Part shown: positions 19,646 to 28,179 of the stretch, piece by piece
How positions within the stretch are numbered: the stretch's first letter is position 1
Layout of the letters: every line of letters begins with the position of its first letter
NCBI GenBank assembly: GCA_963771465.1
Contig: CAVYTU010000017.1
Location: 928,001-992,000, forward strand
Direction: 5' to 3'
DNA from: an uncultured delta proteobacterium
GTDB taxonomy: Bacteria > Desulfobacterota > Binatia > UBA9968
DNA: 64,000 nt
Translations under genes and position numbers: made by a program
The notes under the pieces: generated by a model
What the model saw: only the letters and a program-made list of their open reading frames with translations
Databases searched by the model: none
What the model was told of the DNA's origin: nothing

Positions 19646-20284
19646 ATGGCTATGGACGATTGCTGTCAGTTAAAAGCGGGCGAACTCACGTCATTACGCA
19701 ACCAGCACCGGAACGTTCTCGTTTTCGTGTTGGTCATCAACGCCGTCTTATTCCTTGTAGAGGTTGCAGCCGGTTTGTTGGCGAACTCGACCGCATTGCT
19801 GGCTGATAGTCTCGACATGCTTGGCGATTCGCTCGTATACGGATTTAGCATGTACGTGCTTGGGCGTAGCGCGAAATGGAAGGCCAAGGTGGCGCTGCTG
19901 AAAGGCGCGATAATGGCCATGTTCGGCGCAGTCGTTCTCTTGGAAGCGGCTCACAAGACAATCGCTGGTACGGTGCCGACTGCTGAGACTATGGGAGTTA
20001 TCGGGACACTGGTGTTGCTCGGTAACGGTATTTGCTTCTTTTTGCTTTTTCGCCACCGGTCCGATGACATAAACATGCGCTCAACGTGGCTGTGTTCGCG
20101 CAACGACATCATCGCGAATGTGTCGGTGATTGTGGCCGCGATTTGGGTAAAACTCCTTGACGCGAGTTGGCCGGATATTCTCGTCGGAGTCGCCATCTCT
20201 GCTTTGTTCATGCGAAGCGCTATCACAGTGCTTCGCGACTCGCTATCGGAACTGCAAATGCGAAGGACCGCAGTCTCCGACTAG
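19646..20284 (+). CDS. Cation diffusion facilitator-type (Co/Zn/Cd) transporter, short form
   Basis: ALLADSLDMLGD, DINMRSTWLCSRND, WPDILVG; N-terminal DDCC. Confidence 0.88.
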   Translation: MAMDDCCQLKAGELTSLRNQHRNVLVFVLVINAVLFLVEVAAGLLANSTALLADSLDMLGDSLVYGFSMYVLGRSAKWKAKVALLKGAIMAMFGAVVLLEAAHKTIAGTVPTAETMGVIGTLVLLGNGICFFLLFRHRSDDINMRSTWLCSRNDIIANVSVIVAAIWVKLLDASWPDILVGVAISALFMRSAITVLRDSLSELQMRRTAVSD

Positions 20285-20341
20285 GCCGTTTGAGACTCCG
20301 CTTCGACTTGACGGACTTTGGGCACCTGTTAGATTACCATC

Positions 20342-20830
20342 ATGAACAGGCGAGATTTTCTTATTCAGGGTTTTGTTTTGGCTGCTGCTGTCTCGCTGCC
20401 GGAGTTAGTCTTTGGGGCGACGCAACACGCCTACAAACTAGCGCCAACCTCAATCCTGCCGGAACAGATTAGGAAAGGCCCGGTCGAAACAAGAGATGCC
20501 TATCGCTTCGCCGTCCTAAACCGAGACGTTCTCCGCTATATTCCCTGTTACTGTGGCTGTTGGGACTCGGTTGGGCATACGAGCAACGCTTCGTGCTACG
20601 TCAAGGACAAATCTCCTATAGACAAACCGGAGTTTGATCCTATGAGCGTTGGCTGACAAATTTGCATAGACATCACGCGTGACGTGATGAAGCTGATGGA
20701 CGAAGGCAGGAGATTGAAAGACATCAGACTGCATATCGAGAAAACGCACAGTCAGAAAGGACCAGGCACCCCGACGCCAGCGGTGCCGGAGAGTTACAAA
20801 GAATTTTGGCCGGTAAGAAAGCGAGGTTAG
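20342..20830 (+). CDS. PCYCGC-domain protein with Tat signal; in-frame UGA (20654-20656) likely selenocysteine
   Basis: MNRRDFL Tat motif and IPCYCGC...GHTSNASCY. After TGA the frame continues QICIDITRDVMKLMDEGRRLKDIRLHIEK...GTPTP to TAG at 20830. Confidence 0.8.
20657..20689 (+). promoter_or_regulatory. Putative bacterial SECIS element
   Basis: Perfect 7-bp stem CATCACG/CGTGATG with loop CGTGA; loop starts after a 21-nt spacer from the UGA. Confidence 0.65.
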
Positions 20831-20832
20831 CT

Positions 20833-21084
20833 ATGAAGAAAATGCTATTCGGAATTCTTGGAGGCTTGCTAATTGCCACAGCAGTCGGCGCATATCAGGC
20901 CGAAGATAAGAAAAGTGAGTCGCCGATGGGCGGAATGATGCAGGGCATGAAGATGATGGGTGAACAGTCGCCTGAGATGACGCAACAGATGAAAGAAATG
21001 ATGGCTCGGATGTCCAAAATGATGGATATGTGCAGCCAGATGATGAGTAATAATCGGTCAAATCAGCAGCCAGAAAATAAGTAA
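20833..21084 (+). CDS. Secreted Met-rich small protein (possible Cu/Ag binding)
   Basis: Signal peptide MKKMLFGILGGLLIATAVGA, then very Met-rich sequence; starts 2 nt after the read-through stop of the upstream gene. Confidence 0.7.
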   Translation: MKKMLFGILGGLLIATAVGAYQAEDKKSESPMGGMMQGMKMMGEQSPEMTQQMKEMMARMSKMMDMCSQMMSNNRSNQQPENK

Positions 21085-21284
21085 GTTCTTCCTGGCAAGT
21101 TCCGTTGTTGAAAACGTGCGGTTATGAAAGATCGCGCGATAAATTGCGTGCGCGGCTGATGGCTTCAAGACCATCCGCCTGCACCACCGGAAGCGCTGGC
21201 CAACGTCGTATCGCGCTACCTCGTCGATAGCGCCGATCCATCGGTAGGTAGGTCGCAACACCGGATAACGCGCTTTTCTGGAAC

Positions 21285-22298
21285 ATGAACAAGTTCGTAC
21301 TTAAATTTTTCGGCGAGACGACTCTAGTCGGCAACATCAAGGATGAGCAGATCAACGAGTTCATCAAGAAATATCGGCAAGGTCGAAAGCCAAAGACCAT
21401 GAAAAATATTTTCACAGACCTGAATGCGTTGCTTAACTACGCGGTGCAAAAAAAACTCTTAAAAGTGAATCCGGCAAACTTCGCCAACCGCGAACTTATC
21501 GGCAACACCAAGAGCAAAAAGCCTCAGCTTAACTTGGACGAAGTCCGAATGGCGTTGTCGGTGCTCAATGACAAGAGAGTGCTCAAGCGAGAGCGGGTAT
21601 GGTTTCTGGTCGGGATCATGACCGGTGGTCGGATGGACGAAGTAAATCGTGCGCAGTGGCCGGATGTTGATTGGACTGCGCGCGAAATCCATATACGCGG
21701 CACCAAAACCGATTCTGCCGACGCCAAGCTGCCGATTCCGCCGCCGCTGTTCGCCGAGTTGGTCGATCTCTACCGGCATAGAGAAACCTCAGACTATATT
21801 TTTCCTGGCGCGTCTTCGCAGACGAAAAATAAGAAAATCTACTCGCGCCGTCGTCTGTTCGAAAAGATACGCAAACTAGTCTTCGAACGGTACGACCGGC
21901 ATATCAAGCTTACGCCGAAAGATTTGCGCGATATCTACGCAACCGACGTGTCGGCGCTAGTTCGCGATCCGGAAACGCTCATGCACTTAATGCGGCACAG
22001 CAGCTTGACCACGACCACGAAGTATCTGCGCGGGGTAAAAGACCGCATGGTGGAAGCGGCGAAGGGCGTTGGTCAACAGTGGGTTCCGGCGCTTACTGAC
22101 GACGAAAAAAGCCTGGGGGCCACCTCTGGGGGCCATCTTGGGGTCGAAATAGTGCCTAAAAGGCCGCAAAACGCACAAAGCGACACGGCCAGATTGTCGC
22201 CGGAAAATCCGCTAACTACTCGGAATACATGGGGAAAAATTGGTGGCGGTGGACAGAGTCGAACTGTCGACGCCGCGGATATGAGCCGCGTGCTCTGA
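21285..22298 (+). CDS. Tyrosine recombinase/integrase; probably N-terminally truncated, 3' end overlaps tRNA-Met antisense
   Basis: TGGRMDE (R), GTKT (K), PKDLRD, LMRHS, TTKY (Y); stop codon lies inside the tRNA gene. Confidence 0.88.
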   Translation: MNKFVLKFFGETTLVGNIKDEQINEFIKKYRQGRKPKTMKNIFTDLNALLNYAVQKKLLKVNPANFANRELIGNTKSKKPQLNLDEVRMALSVLNDKRVLKRERVWFLVGIMTGGRMDEVNRAQWPDVDWTAREIHIRGTKTDSADAKLPIPPPLFAELVDLYRHRETSDYIFPGASSQTKNKKIYSRRRLFEKIRKLVFERYDRHIKLTPKDLRDIYATDVSALVRDPETLMHLMRHSSLTTTTKYLRGVKDRMVEAAKGVGQQWVPALTDDEKSLGATSGGHLGVEIVPKRPQNAQSDTARLSPENPLTTRNTWGKIGGGGQSRTVDAADMSRVL

Positions 22299-22317
22299 CC
22301 AACTGAGCTACACCGCC
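22241..22317 (-). tRNA. tRNA-Met (CAT), elongator-type
   Basis: GGCGGTGTAGCTCAGTTGGTCAGAGCACGCGGCTCATATCCGCGGCGTCGACAGTTCGACTCTGTCCACCGCCACCA; full cloverleaf, paired 1:72, CCA encoded (Ile2 not strictly excluded). Confidence 0.93.
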
Positions 22318-22361
22318 ACAAGGTGGCTAAAGGAAGATGGGAGTTTGAAAAGATCACGCCG

Positions 22362-23087
22362 TTAGGAAAGCGCGCGAACGGCATCCCACTTTCGTTGCAT
22401 CAAGGTTCGATTGACGCGCTTTTTTCCTCGACCGATCTGATACAGAACTTTCTCATCAACGTCCAAGCAAGTCAACATGTTGCCGTACACCAGACCGGTA
22501 TCGAGACCAACCTTATACGGTAGATCGAAGTAGACCGTGTGCTGTGGCGTGTGCCCGAACAGCACCGTGTAGGGCAGCTTGTGCGATGCGAAGATAAATT
22601 TATTGCGAATCCAAAATAACTCCTCTTCGGTTTGTTCTGCGAACGTCTTCGCTGGATCTATGCCGGCATGCACGCATAAGAACGGTTCCATTAGAAAATA
22701 GTTTTGTAAATGGCGATAAAATTCCAAATGATCGCCAGGGATGACCCGATGGGCCTCGAGTGCAGACGGACTGTCGGGGTTCAGGCCATAGCTTGCCATC
22801 GTCGCCCTGCCGCCATTGATGAGAAACATATCGCCATGGGCGCCGCCGATTTCCAGGAAAGACAAGAGCATGTCCTCGTGGTTGCCTTTTAGGAAGATCA
22901 GCTCAACAGCACTCAATTGTTTCTTGAGATCGAGGAGAAACGAAACCACGCCGCGTGAATCAGGGCCGCGGTCGATATAGTCGCCGAGAAACACCAATCG
23001 GTCGCCGCGCGCCAGTGGTAAGCGGTCGATTAAATAACGGAGCTCATCGGCACAGCCGTGAATATCACCGATTACAAAACTCTTCAT
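22362..23087 (-). CDS. Metallophosphoesterase (Ser/Thr protein phosphatase PphA-like)
   Basis: GDIHG, GDYIDRGPDS, KGNHE, VHAG, FGHTP, LDTG. Confidence 0.92.
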   Translation of the reverse strand: MKSFVIGDIHGCADELRYLIDRLPLARGDRLVFLGDYIDRGPDSRGVVSFLLDLKKQLSAVELIFLKGNHEDMLLSFLEIGGAHGDMFLINGGRATMASYGLNPDSPSALEAHRVIPGDHLEFYRHLQNYFLMEPFLCVHAGIDPAKTFAEQTEEELFWIRNKFIFASHKLPYTVLFGHTPQHTVYFDLPYKVGLDTGLVYGNMLTCLDVDEKVLYQIGRGKKRVNRTLMQRKWDAVRALS

Positions 23088-23194
23088 GAGACGTGAATCC
23101 TAAGCTACTCTCTTGCGCTGTGCAAACATGTCGGGTTTGCACAGTGGTAAAATTTCTTGTGAGTGATAACCTAGTCGCAGTCGAGAACGATGTC

Positions 23195-23575
23195 ATGAAG
23201 CTGCGCGAAATGTATTCAAGCCACGCTGCCGTTGGTGGTCTGTTCTGTTTGGTTCTGGGAATCGGCAACTGGGTCGTCGGCGCGGTTGAATCGACAAAAT
23301 ACCAGGCCCTGCTACATAAGACTGCGCAAACTGGATTGGAGGAATCTTACCGTAACTTTCAGGAACTCGATCAACAGAAAAATGAAGAAGTGCTGCGACG
23401 CATTAACGACAATCGGGAGAAGTATAATGCCGCCCGGGTTAAACTCAATTTCTTTTACGTCGTATTAACCGGCGGGAGGTTACTTTGCGTTCTCGGACTC
23501 ATCGTTACCGTTTTCGCCGTCATTCGCATGATTCAGCGCGATACCCAGTTGAAAATCGGTAAGATTGAGGCTTAA
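23195..23575 (+). CDS. Hypothetical membrane protein (2 TM)
   Basis: Two hydrophobic segments flanking a helical loop. Confidence 0.6.
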   Translation: MKLREMYSSHAAVGGLFCLVLGIGNWVVGAVESTKYQALLHKTAQTGLEESYRNFQELDQQKNEEVLRRINDNREKYNAARVKLNFFYVVLTGGRLLCVLGLIVTVFAVIRMIQRDTQLKIGKIEA

Positions 23576-23614
23576 CGAGTTAAGCGATGAGCGCGCGTCC
23601 GAGTGGCTAGAAGA

Positions 23615-24637
23615 CTATTTCGACGGTTTCGATTTTTGATATTTGCGATAATCGTACCCGGTTGCCATGGCCAGCAGGATGTCTTCCATTCCACCGTTCT
23701 TTTCCCGTCTCAAAATCAACAAGCGGTCGTAGAACTCTTTGAAATCTTTGTAGATCCGTTGACTATCATCGGTGCCGCGAAGGTAGAAATCCTTGATCCG
23801 GGTTACCGTAAAACGCAAAGCTGAGAAGCGTAATTCATTGGGAAATGAATCCCATTCCGGTAAGGAGAGCGGCCGGAGACTTTCATAGCCTGAGATCAAC
23901 GCTTCGAAACGATCTATTTGGTATCGGTCCCCAAGAAAGCACAGAGCATTTACTGCCGTTGCAAGGTCATAGATCAACTTGCCACGGCAGGCCGCCTCAA
24001 AATCCATCACCCCGGTCAATCGATTGCCTTTGAATTTGACGTTATCGGCAAACAGGTCGCCATGGATGATTCCTTTGGGCAAATTATTATCTAAGTAGTT
24101 TTCTAAATAGGTAAACTCGTCATCCAAGACCCGGACAATGTTCTTCAGATGGGTCGGCAGTTGCCGGCGCACGTCACGGTAAATTGAAACGATCCGATTA
24201 AATCCGAATCGGTTGTCGATACCTTTCTTATAGCTTCTTCCGATCAGGTGGAGGTTTGCCAAAGCATGTCCCAGCGCATTCAAATGCGTCAGGTTAATTG
24301 CTTCAACCGCCAGCTCGGTTCCCTCGATGAACTTGTTTACCGTGAGGCACTTGTTCTGTACTTCGAGATGAAATCGGCCGGTTTTGCTCTTGAGCGGTTG
24401 GAGACATGGGAAATTTTGCTTTCGGAGGTGAAATAAGAGTTCAAGTTCTTGTTTTACCTCAATTTCGCTTTTGACTTCGTCGATTTTTGCGAAATACCGG
24501 CCACGTTTAGTTTCAATGAGATAGTGCGTATTCACCGAGCCATTCTTGATGCCGGTAAAGGATACCAGATCGCCCAACGCAAATTCATCGGCGATTTTGG
24601 TAATGTCTTTCTTTGTGAGTGTAGTGTAGATGGCCAT
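23615..24637 (-). CDS. thrB: Homoserine kinase type II (APH fold)
   Basis: MAIYT, GIKNGSVNTHY, GIIHGDLFADN, GVMDFE, ALRFTVTR. Confidence 0.85.
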   Translation of the reverse strand: MAIYTTLTKKDITKIADEFALGDLVSFTGIKNGSVNTHYLIETKRGRYFAKIDEVKSEIEVKQELELLFHLRKQNFPCLQPLKSKTGRFHLEVQNKCLTVNKFIEGTELAVEAINLTHLNALGHALANLHLIGRSYKKGIDNRFGFNRIVSIYRDVRRQLPTHLKNIVRVLDDEFTYLENYLDNNLPKGIIHGDLFADNVKFKGNRLTGVMDFEAACRGKLIYDLATAVNALCFLGDRYQIDRFEALISGYESLRPLSLPEWDSFPNELRFSALRFTVTRIKDFYLRGTDDSQRIYKDFKEFYDRLLILRREKNGGMEDILLAMATGYDYRKYQKSKPSK

Positions 24638-24724
24638 CGAGCAATCTCTTATCGGGGCCCAAACGATGATTTCCCGGTTTGCCAGCCCAACCTGCTAATG
24701 CGCTCATGCGCCTTAAGATCAGTA

Positions 24725-24753
24725 GATATAACGGAAAATACTGGCTAGGTCAA
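24725..24753 (-). promoter_or_regulatory. sigma70-type promoter of thrB
   Basis: TTGACC-N17-TATATC. Confidence 0.45.
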
Positions 24754-25085
24754 TACGATTTAGCCAAAGCTTAGCAATATTAATAACTTATCTAGCGAAG
24801 GTGGTTTAAAAAGTAAGCTGGAGGCGAGCTCGTTTCCTGAACTTTTGGCAATTATTGAGCATGACCAAACTGATCCAAAAATTGACGATAGAATAGAAAT
24901 AGAAGGGGGCAGTTGCAGGGGTCCGGCCGGGGGCTCACTTTTTATAGATTGAGGTATTAGATCAACCCGATCGTCGGCGTTAAAGTCCAAGGTAGACGAT
25001 AGTGCCGGTGATGAAGGCTCGGGCGTTTATTTGAGCCCAGTTAGATCTAACGGGATGTAATTTCCTGCCAAATCTGATTTTTTTC

Positions 25086-25115
25086 TTGACAAGGATCGTC
25101 GGCTTTAACTAATCT
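25086..25115 (+). promoter_or_regulatory. sigma70-type promoter of csp, giving a long 5' UTR
   Basis: TTGACA-N18-TAATCT about 140 nt upstream of the csp ATG. Confidence 0.45.
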
Positions 25116-25257
25116 CCCCCGACCTTCGCGATGAGCTTTATATTTCGCAGGTCTAAGCCGTGTTGTTGGGGAGAATGGTTCTCACAATTACTACTTGTCG
25201 GAGTAGCTGCCCAGTAAGTTCATTATTTTAATGTGTCAGTCGAAGGAGGTCGAGTCA

Positions 25258-25458
25258 ATGGCGACGGGTAAAGTTAAATGGTTCAATAACTCAAAAGGCT
25301 ATGGTTTTATCGAAAACGAAGGCGGTGGCGACGTCTTCGTCCATTACAGTGCGATTCAGGGTGATGGGTTTAAGACTCTGAACGAAGGGGAAAGTGTCGA
25401 ATTTGAAGTTTCGCAGGGCGACAAAGGTCCGCAGGCCGTCAACGTCGTAAAACGCTAA
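25258..25458 (+). CDS. csp: Cold-shock protein
   Basis: [18 protein letters not shown]...DVFVHYSAI...GPQA; AGGAGG RBS. Confidence 0.96.
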   Translation: MATGKVKWFNNSKGYGFIENEGGGDVFVHYSAIQGDGFKTLNEGESVEFEVSQGDKGPQAVNVVKR

Positions 25459-25682
25459 AGCGCTTCGATGTTGGTGGCAATGGCGGCGAAACACTTCCGC
25501 TTTAAGGAATTTCCCGCACTTGAATCCCTATCAAACGGCTCAGCTAATTCGCTGCTTGCGCCGCAAAGCCATTCATCTGCTGATAAAGCCTCTCTCCTGT
25601 AAGTCCGCAGGTTTGTTTAAAGGTAGAATAAATAGTAGCTTTATCAGTAAAGTTTCGGGCTAAATCACTGGGATTAATATTT

Positions 25683-26192
25683 ATGGAGCAAACCGGACAG
25701 ACTACGGACTCGCGCTTTGGACAAGACAAGTTGCTCGCCGAGACGGTGGTGCTAACTAAGCTGGACAAGGCGATCGGTTGGGCGCGCAAGTACTCGCTGT
25801 TCCCCTATCCTTTTGCCACCGCTTGTTGTGCAATGGAGTACATGGCGCTGTCAATGTCGCCCTACGACATCGATCGTTTCGGTGCGCTATTGCCTCGCTT
25901 TAGTCCGCGTCAGGCGGATTTGCTGATGGTGATTGGCACGGTGAACCATAAGCTGTCGCCGGTATTGAAGCGAGTTTACGAGCAGATGTCCGAACCCAAA
26001 TGGGTGATGGCGTTTGGCGCCTGTGCCGCCAGCGGCGGATTCTACGATAACTACGCAACCGTTCAAGGAATAGACCGAATCATTCCCGTGGATGTTTATG
26101 TCCCAGGCTGTCCGCCGCGGCCGGAGGCTGTGCTCGACGGTTTGATGGAGTTACAGCATCGCATCGCGCAACAGAAACATCCGGTCGCTTAA
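25683..26192 (+). CDS. nuoB: NADH-quinone oxidoreductase subunit B homolog, stand-alone
   Basis: TACCAME, SPRQADL, MSEPKWV, GACA, PVDVYVPGCPPRPE. Confidence 0.88.
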   Translation: MEQTGQTTDSRFGQDKLLAETVVLTKLDKAIGWARKYSLFPYPFATACCAMEYMALSMSPYDIDRFGALLPRFSPRQADLLMVIGTVNHKLSPVLKRVYEQMSEPKWVMAFGACAASGGFYDNYATVQGIDRIIPVDVYVPGCPPRPEAVLDGLMELQHRIAQQKHPVA

Positions 26193-26272
26193 GTGGTGGC
26201 CTGAATTCACGGCAATCTAGTCCACGGTCAGCGATCGACCCGTATCTGATTCTGACGAAATCTATTAATTCC

Positions 26273-26548
26273 ATGGCTGAAGGACAGAAAGATCCGTTGA
26301 CCTCGCCGCGCGGCGATTTTTACCACCAAGGCGTGATCACCAAATTATTTCCGTCAAATAATACCGGGGTCGTGCGCACCGAAAGCGGCCGGGAGCTGAC
26401 GTTTTCTTATGAGTTGGTGATTCTCTTCGGCGAAGCCCAGTCGCCCCTTGAGCTTAAGGTCGGCGATGAGGTTGGCTATGATCTGGGCTGGACGTCAGGC
26501 GGTTTAAGGGTTACGAAGATCAAAACTTATCCAAAATTCGTCAACTAG
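26273..26548 (+). CDS. Small OB-fold/cold-shock-like hypothetical protein
   Basis: GVITKLF...GVVRT...LKVGDEVGYDL pattern resembles a CSD. Confidence 0.6.
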   Translation: MAEGQKDPLTSPRGDFYHQGVITKLFPSNNTGVVRTESGRELTFSYELVILFGEAQSPLELKVGDEVGYDLGWTSGGLRVTKIKTYPKFVN

Positions 26549-26563
26549 AATTTTTCCGCGTCG

Positions 26564-27394
26564 TCAAAATGGCAGTGCCGTCAATGCGAGAATCTGGCGC
26601 CCAAGTATCTCTCCGACAAATACTCCCAGCAGAGCGATGTAAAACAGCCCCGTGGCGGCCATCGTGTGCGGAATTTGCAAGGTACGCCAAATCATCCACG
26701 ACAAAATCAGCGGTGCAACTTGGCCAACCGTCATGCGGGTAACCAAAAGTGTCGAATGGCGCTGCCACAGACGTTCCATGCCGGCGAGGCTTTGGGGATT
26801 GCCAAGGAGATAGAGTGCCAGGGGCGCGAGGGCGAAGAACGCACACTGTAAGATCAGCGTGGTCACAAAAAATTTGTAGATGCGAATAAACGGCTCTAAA
26901 CTCTGTCCGGTATCGATTAAATACCAGTGGCCGATGAGCATGCCGACCGTGACGCTGCCGAGCAGTAAAGCCGATACAAGAAATGTCGCTGGATATACCA
27001 CGTTCTCGATTGAAATGATCGCGCTGCTATGAAAACTGAGCGTGGTCAACGCCAGGCCGGCAACCCCAGTTAAGATAGAAGTTGCGAAACTACGCGCGCG
27101 AAAGGCTTGCCGTTCACCCCACAATGAAACCATGTAGCAAGTAAACGAGAGGATGAATGCGCAATGAAAAAAAACTTCCAAGCCGACCGTCCATGAGAAG
27201 TGTTGCTCCAAACTTTGTAAATAGTAAACACTTTTGCCCCATAAGCCGATCAGAGCGATGCTGAAGAGAACGCCGGCCGTGGACTTGTAGAACGCGCGCT
27301 CAATTTCGTGAAAGGGAGTGCCGGCTAGGGCGAAGAGCCCGCCCAAGGCGATTTGATAGAAGAATATTAAAAAGCTGCTGGAAAATCCTTGCAT
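26564..27394 (-). CDS. Polytopic membrane protein
   Basis: ~8 TM; GMLIGHWYL and TMAATGLFY motifs. Confidence 0.75.
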   Translation of the reverse strand: MQGFSSSFLIFFYQIALGGLFALAGTPFHEIERAFYKSTAGVLFSIALIGLWGKSVYYLQSLEQHFSWTVGLEVFFHCAFILSFTCYMVSLWGERQAFRARSFATSILTGVAGLALTTLSFHSSAIISIENVVYPATFLVSALLLGSVTVGMLIGHWYLIDTGQSLEPFIRIYKFFVTTLILQCAFFALAPLALYLLGNPQSLAGMERLWQRHSTLLVTRMTVGQVAPLILSWMIWRTLQIPHTMAATGLFYIALLGVFVGEILGRQILALTALPF

Positions 27395-27417
27395 GGGATT
27401 GTGTTCGTCCCGTCGAC

Positions 27418-28137
27418 CTAGGATCGCTTTACCGCTACATGCATGCAGACCGCACCGCAGAGAAATTTCCGAATCGCGACTTCTTGGAAACCCGCCTCAG
27501 AAATCATGGTGGCAACCGTCTCAGGCGAATAAAAACGCTTAACTGAATCGGCCAAATATTGATATGCTTGTCGATCGTTCGACAGCAGGCCGCCGATCCA
27601 TGGCATCATTCGGTAGAAATAGATCGCGTAAAGTTTGGCGAACCGGCCCGGCGAAGGTGGAAACATGTCTAACGAGACCAACTTGCCCCGCGGTTTGAGT
27701 ACGCGAAAGGCTTCGGCAAAAAATACCGGCAAATCCGAGACGTTGCGCAGCACAAAGGCGGTCATCGCGCCGTCGAAAGTACGATCGCGCAGGGGGGCCG
27801 CCATGGCGCTGCCTTGAATGAACGCGGTGCTAGATCCGTGGGGCGCATCGGCGCGCTTGCTTTGCGCTCGTCGGACCATTTGCAGGGAAAAGTCCAGACC
27901 GATGATGCGCGCCTTGCCCTTGGCAATTCGAGCCGCGTTGAACGCTAGGTCGCCGGTCCCGGTGCCGAGATCGACTATAGACGGATTCTCGCCGCTCAGC
28001 ACCGTGCGGATCGCTTGTGCTCGCCACCAGGTGTCGAGGCGAAAACTGATGACGCGATTGAGGAGATCGTAGCGTCCGGCGATCCGGTCGAACATGCTTT
28101 GAACGGCTTGGTCGCGCGGATGGCGGGCAGCGGACAT
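27418..28137 (-). CDS. menG: Demethylmenaquinone methyltransferase (UbiE/MenG)
   Basis: MFDRIAGRYDLLNRVIS, DLGTGTGDLA, AFVLRNV, AYQYLADS. Confidence 0.9.
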   Translation of the reverse strand: MSAARHPRDQAVQSMFDRIAGRYDLLNRVISFRLDTWWRAQAIRTVLSGENPSIVDLGTGTGDLAFNAARIAKGKARIIGLDFSLQMVRRAQSKRADAPHGSSTAFIQGSAMAAPLRDRTFDGAMTAFVLRNVSDLPVFFAEAFRVLKPRGKLVSLDMFPPSPGRFAKLYAIYFYRMMPWIGGLLSNDRQAYQYLADSVKRFYSPETVATMISEAGFQEVAIRKFLCGAVCMHVAVKRS

Positions 28138-28179
28138 TATGAATCTGAGAGATAAAGTGAGCAGGACCCGCGTGCCAGG

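Larger units (their letters stand above)
16210..22288. mobile_element. Integrative element/genomic island in tRNA-Met(CAT)
   Basis: Flanking tRNA 3'-half direct repeats, adjacent tyrosine integrase, GGGGGCCA arm-like repeats at both ends, lower-GC small-ORF cargo. Confidence 0.88.
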
